Assembly (NCBI GenBank): GCA_963761335.1
Contig: CAVXGR010000004.1
Location: 96,001 to 160,000, forward strand
DNA length: 64,000 nucleotides
From: an uncultured delta proteobacterium
GTDB taxonomy: Bacteria; Desulfobacterota; Binatia; HRBIN30; BPIQ01
Direction of reading: 5' to 3'
The notes below the pieces were generated by a model. It searched no databases. It saw only the letters and a program-made list of their open reading frames with translations, and had not been told where the DNA came from. The position numbers and the translations under genes are program-made. Each line of letters opens with the position of its first letter. Position 1 is the first letter of the stretch. This document shows, in pieces, positions 30,589 to 40,237 of this stretch.

Positions 30589-31268
30589 ATGATCAGCGTC
30601 ATCATTCCCTTCTTCAACGCCGCGCCTTTTCTGGGCGAGGCGGTCGCCAGCGTGCTGGCGCAGCGCGGGGTCGACCTCGAGATCCTCGCCGTCGACGACG
30701 GCTCGACCGACGGCGGCACGCGGCTCGCCCGTGGCTTTGGCGAACCCGTGCGCTGCTCTCGCAGCCGCACAGCGGCACGGCGGCGGCGCTCAACCGCGGC
30801 GTCGCCGCGGCCCGCGGTGACTTTCTCGCTTTCCTCGACGCCGACGACGTCTGGGTCGAAGGCAAGCTCTCGCGGCAGCTGGTCGAGCTGGATCGCGACC
30901 CGACGCTGGACCTGGTGTTCGGCGCTCTCCAGCACTTCTACAGCCCGGTGTTCTCCGAGGCCGAGTGCCGCCAGGTGCGGTGTCCGCGGGCTCCCATGCC
31001 GGCGCCGTCGGCGGGAACCATGCTGATCCGGCGCGCTTCCTTCGAGCGCGTCGGCGCCTTCTCGCCGGCATGGCAGATCGGTGAGTTCGTCGACTGGTAT
31101 CTGCGCGCCTGCGAGGCGGGCCTCGTGCTTCGGCAGCTCCCAGACGTGGTGCTGCGGCGGCGCGTCCACGCCCGCAACAAGGGCCGCATCGAGCAGCAGG
31201 CGCAGCGCGACTACCTGCGTATCATCCGCCTGGCGCTGCAGCGCCGCTCGGGAAAGGCCGGCGCCTGA
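30589..31268 (+). pseudogene. GT2 glycosyltransferase, frameshift near 30760
   Basis: [33 protein letters not shown]. Confidence 0.82.
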
Positions 31269-31270
31269 GC

Positions 31271-32197
31271 TCACCCGGCGCGCAGCCGCGCGAGCGCGGG
31301 GTCGAAGCGAACCCGCGGGTCACTGGCGGTTACCTCGCGGAAATAGCGCAGCTGCGGCTCGATGGCGTGGACCGTCGTCCTCGCCCGGGCACCGTGGCCC
31401 CTGTATCCGGTGTAGTAGGGCTCGGTCCCGAAGGTGATGCCCGCGAGATGGAGCTGAGCGACGGGGAGGCGGCGCAGATGCTCGATGGCCACGGTCCCCG
31501 TGAACGGAGGTGTGCCGAGGAGCCCTTCGAGCTCGGTGTAGACCGGCGACACGTCGAGCGACGGTATGCCGTGCTCCAGGCAGTGCGCCTCGAGCTAGAA
31601 GCTCTAGGAATTGGCCTGCCAGCAGACGAAGCGCGTGCGCGCCAGCTCCGGCACGAATAGATCGGCGACCGGGAAGTCGCCGTTACAGCAATGATAGAGG
31701 ATGTCCATCCGCGAGCCGAGATCGGCGACCAGCCCTGCGGGCACGGGCCATTGGAAGTTCGTGCGCACGACGAGGTCGAAGCTCTCGATGGCGGCGCCGG
31801 CGCCGCCGCCGGCGATCGAGACCGAAGGGCCGACCAGCGCGACGCGCTTGCCGGCGACCAGCGAGGCGAGGGCAGCGGCCTCGCGCGCCTGCGCCTCCGC
31901 GGACCGATGCTGGCGGGCGCGCCGCAGACGCCGGAAGGGGTCGCGCGCGGGCTCGTGGAGAAACGAGGTCGTGGAGCGGGCCTCGAATTCTCCGCGCCGC
32001 AGCCGCCCGGCCGCGGCGCGCAGTGCCTCGAGTCCGTCGATCTCCTCGGCCGCGAGGCGCAGGGCGCGCACCGTCTGCGCCAGAGTTGCCGGCGACACAT
32101 GGCGGAGGAAGGTGTAGAGATCGCGCTCGACAGCCTCGAAGAGGAGCAGCGTGCGGTCGGTGGCCACCCTGGGTGCCCTCGTCAGCCTCGCTCGCAC
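31271..32197 (-). pseudogene. GT29 (sialyltransferase)-like protein, interrupted near 31600
   Basis: GKRVALVGPS...GAAIESFDLVVRTN (sialylmotif-L-like), PFTGTVAI and LAGITF (S-like), HAIEPQ (VS-like). Confidence 0.55.
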
Positions 32198-32274
32198 GCG
32201 CGGGGCGCGCCAGCTCCGGTGCGGCTGGACGGCTTGACTGCCGTGCTTCCGCGCTGGATCCTCGCGGGGGCGAT

Positions 32275-33195
32275 ATGGGCGACGAAGTGAGCTTGACGAA
32301 GCGGGTCTTGAGGCGCGCGGTGCGACCCCGGAACGACATCCTGCGGCGCGACTTCATCGAGAACTTCCACTGGCAGCCCTTCGGCGACTACCACACCCGG
32401 GTGCCGACCTCGGAGAGAATCGTGGCGCTCACCTTCGACGACGGCCCTCTGCCTCCGTACACGGACGAGCTGCTCGCGGTGCTCGCCCGGCGCCGGGTAC
32501 GGGCGACCTTCTTCTTCGTCGGCGAGAAGATCGAGAGGTATCCGGAAGCGGCGGCGAGGGTCCTGGCGGTGGGTCATCAGCTCGGCAACCACTCCTACTC
32601 CCACCCGCGGCTCTACCACAAATCGCCGGCATTCATCAGCACGCAGATCGAGTCCACCGACGCGCTCCTGCGAGAGATCGGGGTCACCGGCGACATCCCC
32701 TTTCGCGCCCCCTACGGCGCGAGCTTTGTCCTGCTACCTTGGATTCTGTGGCGCAGCGGGCGCCAGCACGTGCTCTTCGACTTCTTTCCCGACCCGCGTG
32801 ACTGGCACGGGGCACCGGCGGAAGCGGTGGCCGCGAGCGTCGTCGAGCAGGCGCGGCCGGGCTCGATCATCGTTCTCCACGATGGCAATCCCCACGCCGG
32901 GGTGAATGTCGCCGCGATCAGCGACCTCGTGATCGCCCGCCTCGGCGAGCAGGGCTATCGCTTTGCCACGGTTGCGGAGCCACGGCGGAGCGAAGCGCGA
33001 CCGGGCGCCGCACGCGGTTGTAGACTTCCTTTGTCCGGTCGGGCACGTACCGACCACATCCGATGTCTCCTGACGCGCGCCAACTTGGGCCGATGTTCTC
33101 GAAGCCTCGGCTGTCAAGAAAGAGAGCGGAGGCGTGGCCGTAGTGGTTTGATTTCGAGACGCGGTTCTGCATTCAGCGGTAGACGAAAGGTGTAG
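32275..33195 (+). CDS. Polysaccharide deacetylase (CE4/NodB). True end is probably near 33000
   Basis: VALTFDDGP, ATFF, GNHSYSH, FRAPYG, IIVLHDG, GYRFATV. Confidence 0.88.
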   Translation: MGDEVSLTKRVLRRAVRPRNDILRRDFIENFHWQPFGDYHTRVPTSERIVALTFDDGPLPPYTDELLAVLARRRVRATFFFVGEKIERYPEAAARVLAVGHQLGNHSYSHPRLYHKSPAFISTQIESTDALLREIGVTGDIPFRAPYGASFVLLPWILWRSGRQHVLFDFFPDPRDWHGAPAEAVAASVVEQARPGSIIVLHDGNPHAGVNVAAISDLVIARLGEQGYRFATVAEPRRSEARPGAARGCRLPLSGRARTDHIRCLLTRANLGRCSRSLGCQERERRRGRSGLISRRGSAFSGRRKV

Positions 33196-33248
33196 ACTGG
33201 AGAGCAGGAGGCTGGCGAATGTAGAGGCAGGTCACGGCCGCGCACGCA

Positions 33249-33890
33249 TCACTCTTGGCGACCTCGTGAGCGAACGTACTGGATCAGCGCCGGCAGGGTC
33301 GAAACGATCACGATGCCGAAGACGACCAACTCGAAGTTGGCCTTGACCACGGGGACATTGCCAGAAACGTAGCCGGCCAGAGTGACCAGAAGGACCCATG
33401 CCACCGCCCCCACAACGTTGAACATGGCGAACCGCGAGTACGTCATCTTGACGATTCCTGCGATGAACGGAGCAAAGGTGCGAAAGATCGGCAGGAAGCG
33501 CGCCAAAATGATCGTCTTCCCGCCGTGGCGTTCATAGAATCTCTGAGTCTCAAACAAATGCCGACGATTGAGCCAGCGCGAGGTCTCGCTGGTGAAGACG
33601 CGCGGCCCGAGACGGTAGCCAATGCATAGTTCGTCGCGTCGCCGGCGATGGCACCAACCGCCAGCAAGGCCACCGTCAGTGGGAGATTCAGTTTTGAATT
33701 CTCGACTGAGGCGACGCACCGATCGTAAACGACAACGTATCGCCGCGCAAAAACGGCGTGACACGAGCCGATTTCGCAGAACAGAATCATGAAGAGGACG
33801 ACGTACAGCGCCGCCCCAAGGTCTCCACCACGCATTCAACGTGACATCGAGGTGCAGAAAGAGATCGATTACTTGCCGGACGACATCCAT
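33249..33890 (-). pseudogene. DedA family membrane protein, frameshifted
   Basis: FYERHGGKTIILARFLPIFRTFAPFIAG, FNVVGAVAWV, with AIAGDATNY in another frame. Confidence 0.85.
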
Positions 33891-34502
33891 TCAGCCTCTT
33901 CAAAACAGGAGAACAAGGGAGACATAGCGCAACGCCGATGGCCTGCTCGCTAGCACGATGGCTGTCACAGTGACAACCAAACCTTCCCGCTGCTGACCAC
34001 TGGCTGGTTGGAGACGGCAGCGCGCCTGGTTGCCGGTGGTCGCCTCGAGCCGGAGATCCAGCGCAACAGACCGAGCCATCGGCTGTCGCTCCGCGGTCGT
34101 CAACCTGATAGATCCGGCGGGCAATGGCATCGATCTCGTAGACCAATGCGGGAATGGACGACAGCTGCGGGACGTTTTCGACGGCACCCGATAGAGACGC
34201 CGTGAAAAACGAAGGAGCATCGATCCCGAGAATGTTATTCACAGTGTAGCTGGCCTGCCCCAACGGAGAGGGCGGCTCCCGAAGGAGGTGTAAACCTGCG
34301 ATCTTGAGAAAGGTCAACTTTCCACGTCGAGGAAAAAAAATACTGCTGCCGCTCAAGAATCCCGAGAATCGCGGCGAAAGCGAAGACCAGCTCGGCTCGA
34401 CCATCCAATTCTGAAAACGCGCTTGCCTTCGCCATCAAGACGCTGCCGGTAAAAAAGCTGACGATCGATCCAACGTCGGTGCCCATTAGTACGTAACTCC
34501 AG

Positions 34503-34634
<132 letters not shown>

Positions 34635-34741
34635 TGTAACCATGTTTTCACGCATGAAAGCTTGCGCTTGGGCGAAGATCCCTGAGAGTGTGACGCTTGT
34701 CGGTAGCTGAGCGATCACAAGTTAAGGTACCGGAGGATGCA

Positions 34742-34797
34742 TTTCCCGTTTCCGTTTCCCGCTGCGTGTAGGGAGAGCGGGAAAGGGAAACGGGAAA
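34742..34797. terminator. Long inverted repeat downstream of the AAA ATPase gene
   Basis: TTTCCCGTTTCCGTTTCCCGCT ... AGCGGGAAAGGGAAACGGGAAA. Confidence 0.5.
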
Positions 34798-34804
34798 CGC
34801 GGGC

Positions 34805-35762
34805 TCAGCGGACGATCGCGTAGCCGGCGGCGGTCTTGCGGATGGTGCCTTCGGCGGTGAGGGCGTTCAGGATGGCGCAGAGGGTCGCGGTGCGGATGCG
34901 GCAGGCGTTGCGGAGCTCGGCGAGGGGGAGCGGAGCGGAGGCTTTGGCGAGGGCGGCGTAGACGCGCTCGTCTGCGGTGCCGGTGGCAGTCTCGTGCGCG
35001 GCGGGCTCCTGCGCCGGCTCCTCGATGATCGCGAGGGCGAGCGGTTGTCCTGGAGCGGGCAAGCGGAGGAAGAGGTCGTCGAGACCCGGGGCGGCGCGGT
35101 GCTCGACGGCGAGGCGGAGGGTGTCGCCGCGGCGGCGGAGGTAGAGATTGGAGTCGCCCCAGGCGTGGAGCTCGGAGGAGCCGCGGAGCGCCTGTCCGGG
35201 GCGGAGCTTGGCCGCTCCTTTGCGGACGTGATGGACGAGGAGGACCGCGGCTTCGTAGGTGCGCTCGAGGCGGCGGAGATATCCCAGGAGCGGAGCGACC
35301 TCGCTGGCGGCATTCTCATCGATGGCGTGCAAGCGGACGAAGGGGTCGAGGACGAGGAGACGGGGGCGGGCTTGCTGGACCGTCTCCTCGAGACGGTCGC
35401 GGTCAGCTCTCGGTGTCCAGGCGCAGGGTGGGAGCGGTGATGACGAAGAGGTCGAGCGCGCCGAGCGTCGTGCCGGCGGCGGAGGCGATGCCGTCGAGAC
35501 GCTCGCGGACGACCGGGAGGGAGTCCTCGGCGGCGTAGACGAGCACGCGGCCGCGCTTCTCGACGGCGAAGCGGCGCAGACACGACGTGCCGGAGGCGAC
35601 CGCGACGGCGATGTCGAGGGCGAGGAGCGACTTGCCGCACTTGGGCTCCCCGCCCAAGATGCCGACGGCGCGATCGGCCCAGAGCGATTCGACGAGCCAG
35701 CGCCGGGGCGGCGGCTCGTCGCGGCCGAGATCGCGGGCGCGGCAGAGCGGCAGCCGGCTCAT
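34805..35762 (-). pseudogene. AAA_25/RepA-like (RecA-fold) ATPase of mobile elements, frameshifted near 35350-35410
   Basis: RWLVESLW, GGEPKCGKS, YAAED, LDPFVR, VLLVHHVRK, LRGSSELHAWGDSNLYL, C-terminal wHTH-like segment. Confidence 0.8.
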
Positions 35763-35900
35763 GCTCGCCGCCGTTCGATCGCCGCCTTTCTGGGCGCCGG
35801 CAGCGGCTCGCCGGTCACCTCGAGATAGAGCTTCTCGTCGAGCTGGGAGAGGTCCCGCTCGACGGCGAGCGCCAGGAGCTCGGCGGCGGTGTTGAGAGCA
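35759..35900 (-). pseudogene. C-terminal fragment of an ExeA-like ATPase
   Basis: LNTAAELLALAVERDLSQLDEKLYLEV...stop, overlapping the AAA gene start (ATGA). The upstream part is lost toward the poly-A run. Confidence 0.45.
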
Positions 35901-36091
35901 CACGGCGGTTCCCGACGAATGCTGCTGAGCGTCTGCAGAGCCGGGAGTCATGAGCTGCAGAGGATCTGGCTGAGCAGCAGAGCAAATAGAGAAGAAAACA
36001 GAAGTACGCGATGCGCTTGCATTGGCAGGATGCCCTGCCGGAGCTTGCGCCCCGGAGCTGACGACACCGTTGAGATGCCAAATGTCGTTAC

Positions 36092-36406
<315 letters not shown>

Positions 36407-36531
36407 ACGTTCAGAAAAACGTAGCGAGACCGAGCAGAATAAAAAAAAAAACAGAAGACAAGGATATGACGGAAAAACAAAAAAAATTAGACACCGGGCC
36501 CGCAAGAGCGCAGTACGTCCAAAGCCGTAAC

Positions 36532-36581
36532 GACTCAAAATCGCTGGGCTGCGTGGGGGTTCAAGTCCCTCCAGGGCCATT
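36532..36581 (+). repeat. Duplicated 3' half of tRNA-Leu (attR-like)
   Basis: GACTCAAAATC, a degenerate variable arm, then an exact 31-bp match to 23423-23453. Confidence 0.85.
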
Positions 36582-36615
36582 AATAATCGGGAGGGGCCGT
36601 ACTGCCGGGTACCGG

Positions 36616-36737
36616 ATTTTCCATTCTCATCCCCGGTTCTCGTCCCGTCGTTTTCCATTGCTCTACGAGCTACGGGTAAGTGCCCGACTCCGGGACTCGG
36701 GCTGTCAGAGGAATGGAAAATGAGGGATGAGAAGGGG
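36616..36737. repeat. Palindromic dispersed element family A, copy 1 (degenerate)
   Basis: TTCTCATCCCCGGTTCTCGTCCCGTCGTTTTCCATT ... GGCTGTCAGAGGAATGGAAAATGAGGGATGAGAAGGGG. Confidence 0.75.
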
Positions 36738-36758
36738 TGAGAGGGGGGCGTTTGACCG

Positions 36759-37835
36759 TCAGCCGCGGAGCTGGCCGAGGACGCGCAGGAAGTTGCCGCC
36801 GAGGATCTTGCCGATGCGCGCGGCGCTCCAGCCGCGCCGCAGCATGAGGTCGGCCAGGCGCGGCAGCTCGAGGGGCGTGACCAGGTCGCGCGGCGGCACG
36901 ATCATACCGTCCCAGTCGCTGCCCAGCCCCGCATGGTCCTCGCCGATGGTGTCGACGATGTGCGCCAGGTGCCGCACCAGGGCCTCGGCGCGCCCGCCCC
37001 AGAAGGGCTCCCCGAGAAAGGAGGAGTTGTAGATCACCCCGACCAGGCCGCCGGTGTCGGCGACGGCGCGGAGCTGCTCGTCGTCCACGTTGCGCCAGTG
37101 CGGATGCACGCCGCTGACGCCCGTATGCGTGACCAGCAGCGGCTGCGCGCCGTCGTGCACGGCGACCGCGTCGAAGAAACCCTCGCGGTTGATGTGCGCC
37201 AGGTCGACGAAGATGCGCTTCTCGTTTAGGCGCCGCACGTAGTCGCGCCCGAACGGCGTCAGGCCGCCGGCGCGCCGTGCCGTGGGCGCACTGGTGACGC
37301 CGAGACGTGACGACGACAGGTGGACCAGGGTGATGCGCACGACGAGGTTCTCCGGAATGAGGTCGAGATCCTCCAGGTGGTCGTCGAGGGCGTTGCCTCC
37401 CTGAATGCCGATGAAGGCGGCGTGCTTGCCCTCGGCTCGCGCCGCCGCGTACTCGGCAGCCGTGCGCACCACCTGCACGTCGCTCGGCACCCGGTCGAAG
37501 ATCGCCTGCAGTCGGCGGAGGTTGTGCAGAAAGACGCGCGGGCGGCGCTGCCGCCGCCGCCACGGGTTGGTGGTGATGACCCAGATGGCCCCGCCGACCT
37601 GCGCCTCGCGCAGGCGCGGCAGGTCGACCTGGCTGTAGAAGCGCCCGTCGAACAGCCCACGCCCATGCCACGCGCACGGGTCGTAGCGAAAGATGCGGTT
37701 CCAGATGAACGTGTCGGTGTGGAGGTCGATGACGTCGCTGCCCAGATAGATCTCCACTGCCTCGCGGCTGATGCCGAGAGAGCGGGCCCAAGCGGCGGGA
37801 TCGGCGCGGTGGTCGCGATAGGTGAGGCGCTCCAT
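36759..37835 (-). CDS. Membrane dipeptidase (peptidase M19)
   Basis: IDLHTD, QVDLPRL, FVDLAH, VTHTG, RNVDDEQL, GLGSDWDG, KILGGN. AAGGAG RBS before MERLTY. Confidence 0.92.
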   Translation of the reverse strand: MERLTYRDHRADPAAWARSLGISREAVEIYLGSDVIDLHTDTFIWNRIFRYDPCAWHGRGLFDGRFYSQVDLPRLREAQVGGAIWVITTNPWRRRQRRPRVFLHNLRRLQAIFDRVPSDVQVVRTAAEYAAARAEGKHAAFIGIQGGNALDDHLEDLDLIPENLVVRITLVHLSSSRLGVTSAPTARRAGGLTPFGRDYVRRLNEKRIFVDLAHINREGFFDAVAVHDGAQPLLVTHTGVSGVHPHWRNVDDEQLRAVADTGGLVGVIYNSSFLGEPFWGGRAEALVRHLAHIVDTIGEDHAGLGSDWDGMIVPPRDLVTPLELPRLADLMLRRGWSAARIGKILGGNFLRVLGQLRG

Positions 37836-38180
37836 GTGCGCTCCTTGTAGCGAAATCGAGGCCATGGCAAGGCACGCCGCCGCCGGTGCCCCCCCGAGCA
37901 GGTCGCGCTCGCTGCGGGCCGCAACGGTCACTTGTAGTGATTATCTGTGACACTCTCCTTGATTCGGGCCGCGACCTCGTCTATTGGGGTGCTGGGTATT
38001 ACGGATGACGCCAGGGATTCAGAGGGAAGGGGTCTTGCGCAGGTTGTCTTCGGTGCGACGGCTCAGTGGGAGCTTCGCCCTCGGAGACCCCTGTCGCCGA
38101 TGATGCGAAGACCAGAGGGGCAGGGGCGCGGGAGCTGGCGGATCCCGGCTCTGACCGCTGCGGTCTTGCACGGACGCCGA

Positions 38181-39179
38181 ATGACTGCCCGGGGATGGCA
38201 ACGCATCGCACTGATCACTTTGGGAGTCTGCCTCGCCCTGATGGGTGCAGAGCTCGGAGCGCGATGGATGACTCAGTCGTTGTTCGTCTGGGGCGACTGG
38301 GGTGTGCGCGATCCGCTAGTCGGTTATCTGCCGCTGAAGCCGGGCATCTCGGTGCGCCATCCCAGCAAGCACTTCGTGGCCACGATCGGTGCATACGGGA
38401 CGCGCAGCAACGGAAGTGATATCGCCCTGCCGGAGCGGCCCGTGATCTTGGCGGTCGGAGACTCGTTCACATTCGGCGAAGACGTCGGCGACGCGGCTTC
38501 ATGGCCGGCCGCTCTCGAGCGGCGCCTGCACCGCCGCGTGATCAACGGCGGCGTGCCGGGCTTCGGGATCGATCAATCGGTGCTGCGCGCCGAGCAACTG
38601 ACGATGGCGTACCAACCGAATGCCGTCATCTTGAGCTTCATCCCGCACGATGTCGCCAGGAGCGAGATGTCGGTCTATGCGGGGCACGCGAAACCCTACT
38701 TCACGGTGGAGAAGGGACGCCTTCGGTACCACCCCGCGTCGAGGCTACGGCTCTCGTGGTTCAAGCGGATTCTGTCCTACAGCGTCGCCGCTCGGCTGGC
38801 GCTCGATCGGTATTTCGCGGAAGGACCCGACACGGTGGTCCACCATGACGGACGGTCGGTGGCCTGCCTGCTGATGGCGCGGCTCGCCGCCCTCGGGCGG
38901 GCCCGGCGAATCGATGTCATCGTCGTGGCACAGGCCCAAACACCTCTCGAGTCGCCGGCCAGAGTTGCGACCAAGGAGCACGTTCTGGAGTGTGCCCGGC
39001 GGAACGGACTCTCGACGGTCGATCTTGTGGCTTCCGAAACCGGACGGCGTGCGGAGGAGATCTTCTTTCCCCACGGCCACCTGAACGCGAAGGGGAACGG
39101 CGCCGTTGCAGCGGCTCTGGCTTCGTTTATTTCAGACTCCGGCGCGGTCCAGAAGGTCGACTCCACCGCCCCAAGATGA
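38181..39179 (+). CDS. SGNH/GDSL hydrolase-like membrane-anchored protein
   Basis: AVGDSFTFG, INGGVPGFG, HGHLNAKG, N-terminal TM helix. Confidence 0.85.
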   Translation: MTARGWQRIALITLGVCLALMGAELGARWMTQSLFVWGDWGVRDPLVGYLPLKPGISVRHPSKHFVATIGAYGTRSNGSDIALPERPVILAVGDSFTFGEDVGDAASWPAALERRLHRRVINGGVPGFGIDQSVLRAEQLTMAYQPNAVILSFIPHDVARSEMSVYAGHAKPYFTVEKGRLRYHPASRLRLSWFKRILSYSVAARLALDRYFAEGPDTVVHHDGRSVACLLMARLAALGRARRIDVIVVAQAQTPLESPARVATKEHVLECARRNGLSTVDLVASETGRRAEEIFFPHGHLNAKGNGAVAAALASFISDSGAVQKVDSTAPR

Positions 39180-39185
39180 CTGGAG

Positions 39186-39581
39186 TCACCAGACGGTCTC
39201 GACGTGCCGGTAGGCTCTGAGCTTGTCGTCTCTGGTGACCAGCTTGGCGCCGAGCTGCAGCGCCGTGGAGATGATGATCCGATCGGCGGGGTCGCCGTGG
39301 AGCGGCTCCGGCAGGCCGACCGAGCGCAACAAGATGCGGTTGTCGGCCGGGACGAAGAGCAGCTCCGGGAGCGCTTCGCAGGTGGCGATCCAGTCTTCGG
39401 CCGGCATGGTCAGGCGCAGCCGGCCCTTCCTGGCGAGCATGGCGATCTCCCAGGCGCTGATGGAGGAGGCGTGGACCGGGTGCTCGGCGGCGTTGCGGTC
39501 GATGAGCGCGCCGATGCGCCGCGGGAGCTCCGTGGAGCGCGATGCCCACCAGACGAGGACGTGGGTGTCGAGCACGATCAC
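39186..39581 (-). CDS. vapC: VapC (PIN) toxin
   Basis: VIVLDTHVLVWW, SSISAWEIA, HGDPADRIIISTA, LVTRD. Confidence 0.93.
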   Translation of the reverse strand: MIVLDTHVLVWWASRSTELPRRIGALIDRNAAEHPVHASSISAWEIAMLARKGRLRLTMPAEDWIATCEALPELLFVPADNRILLRSVGLPEPLHGDPADRIIISTALQLGAKLVTRDDKLRAYRHVETVW

Positions 39582-39808
39582 TCGAGCGACTCCCAGTCCT
39601 CGACCGCCACCGGGGCGGTGGGGTCGTCGTACTTCAGCACGCTGCCCTTCAAGGCGCGGCGAGCCTGATGCGGTTCGCCGCGATAGGGCACGATTTTGAG
39701 CACCGGCTTTCCCCGATCCGTGACCACCAGGTCCTCTCCGGTACTTTCCACTTGGCGGAAGTAGTCGAGCGCTCTGGCCTTGAACCGCGACTTGGAGACC
39801 GCTTTCAT
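39578..39808 (-). CDS. Phd/YefM-family antitoxin
   Basis: VSKSRFKARALDYFRQV, LVVTDRGKPV, 4-nt overlap with vapC. Confidence 0.92.
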   Translation of the reverse strand: MKAVSKSRFKARALDYFRQVESTGEDLVVTDRGKPVLKIVPYRGEPHQARRALKGSVLKYDDPTAPVAVEDWESLE

Positions 39809-39979
39809 GATCCTGGTCACATACCATGGTCATGATACCCGTGCAACCGCGCTTTGCCTGCGCGAGAGACCGTAGAGGCTCCAGCCGTTCTCGGGCTGGC
39901 GTTCCAGATCCTCGCGGAACACTGCCTCCGCCGCCGCCGCGCGCCCGGACTGAGCAGCAGCGTCCCGAGGGAGCTCCAC

Positions 39980-40122
39980 ATTTTCGGTTCTCATCCCCGG
40001 TTCTCATCCCGTCGTTTTCCATTCGCTCTGACAGCCGCGAGAGATCCGCAGCCGACCGGTGTCACGGGGCCCGCAGAACAATGGAGAACGACGGGATGAG
40101 AACCGGGAATGAGAACGGGGAA
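39980..40122. repeat. Palindromic dispersed element family A, copy 2
   Basis: Terminal inverted repeats GTTCTCATCCCCGGTTCTCATCCCGTCGTTTTCCATT / AATGGAGAACGACGGGATGAGAACCGGGAATGAGAAC. Confidence 0.88.
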
Positions 40123-40237
40123 CGAGGGGATGAAGATGGCCCCATGGCCCGTGCATGTGAAGTGTGCGTGACAGCCTTGTGTCGGTGTCAGAGCGGTGGT
40201 TTGTTGCGTCGCCAATATCAGTTCGGGGGGAATCTTC

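Noticed and set aside
31594..31606. TAG readthrough (pyrrolysine) in the GT29-like gene
   Set aside because: The TAGs sit in a locally garbled segment with a frame change, not at a recognisable catalytic position, and no pyl genes are visible.
25027..33890. Programmed frameshifting across island genes
   Set aside because: The indels are numerous and scattered across unrelated genes, so sequence error or decay is the simpler explanation.
36532..36581. Second tRNA-Leu gene
   Set aside because: The 5' acceptor strand and D arm are missing. It is only a 3' fragment.
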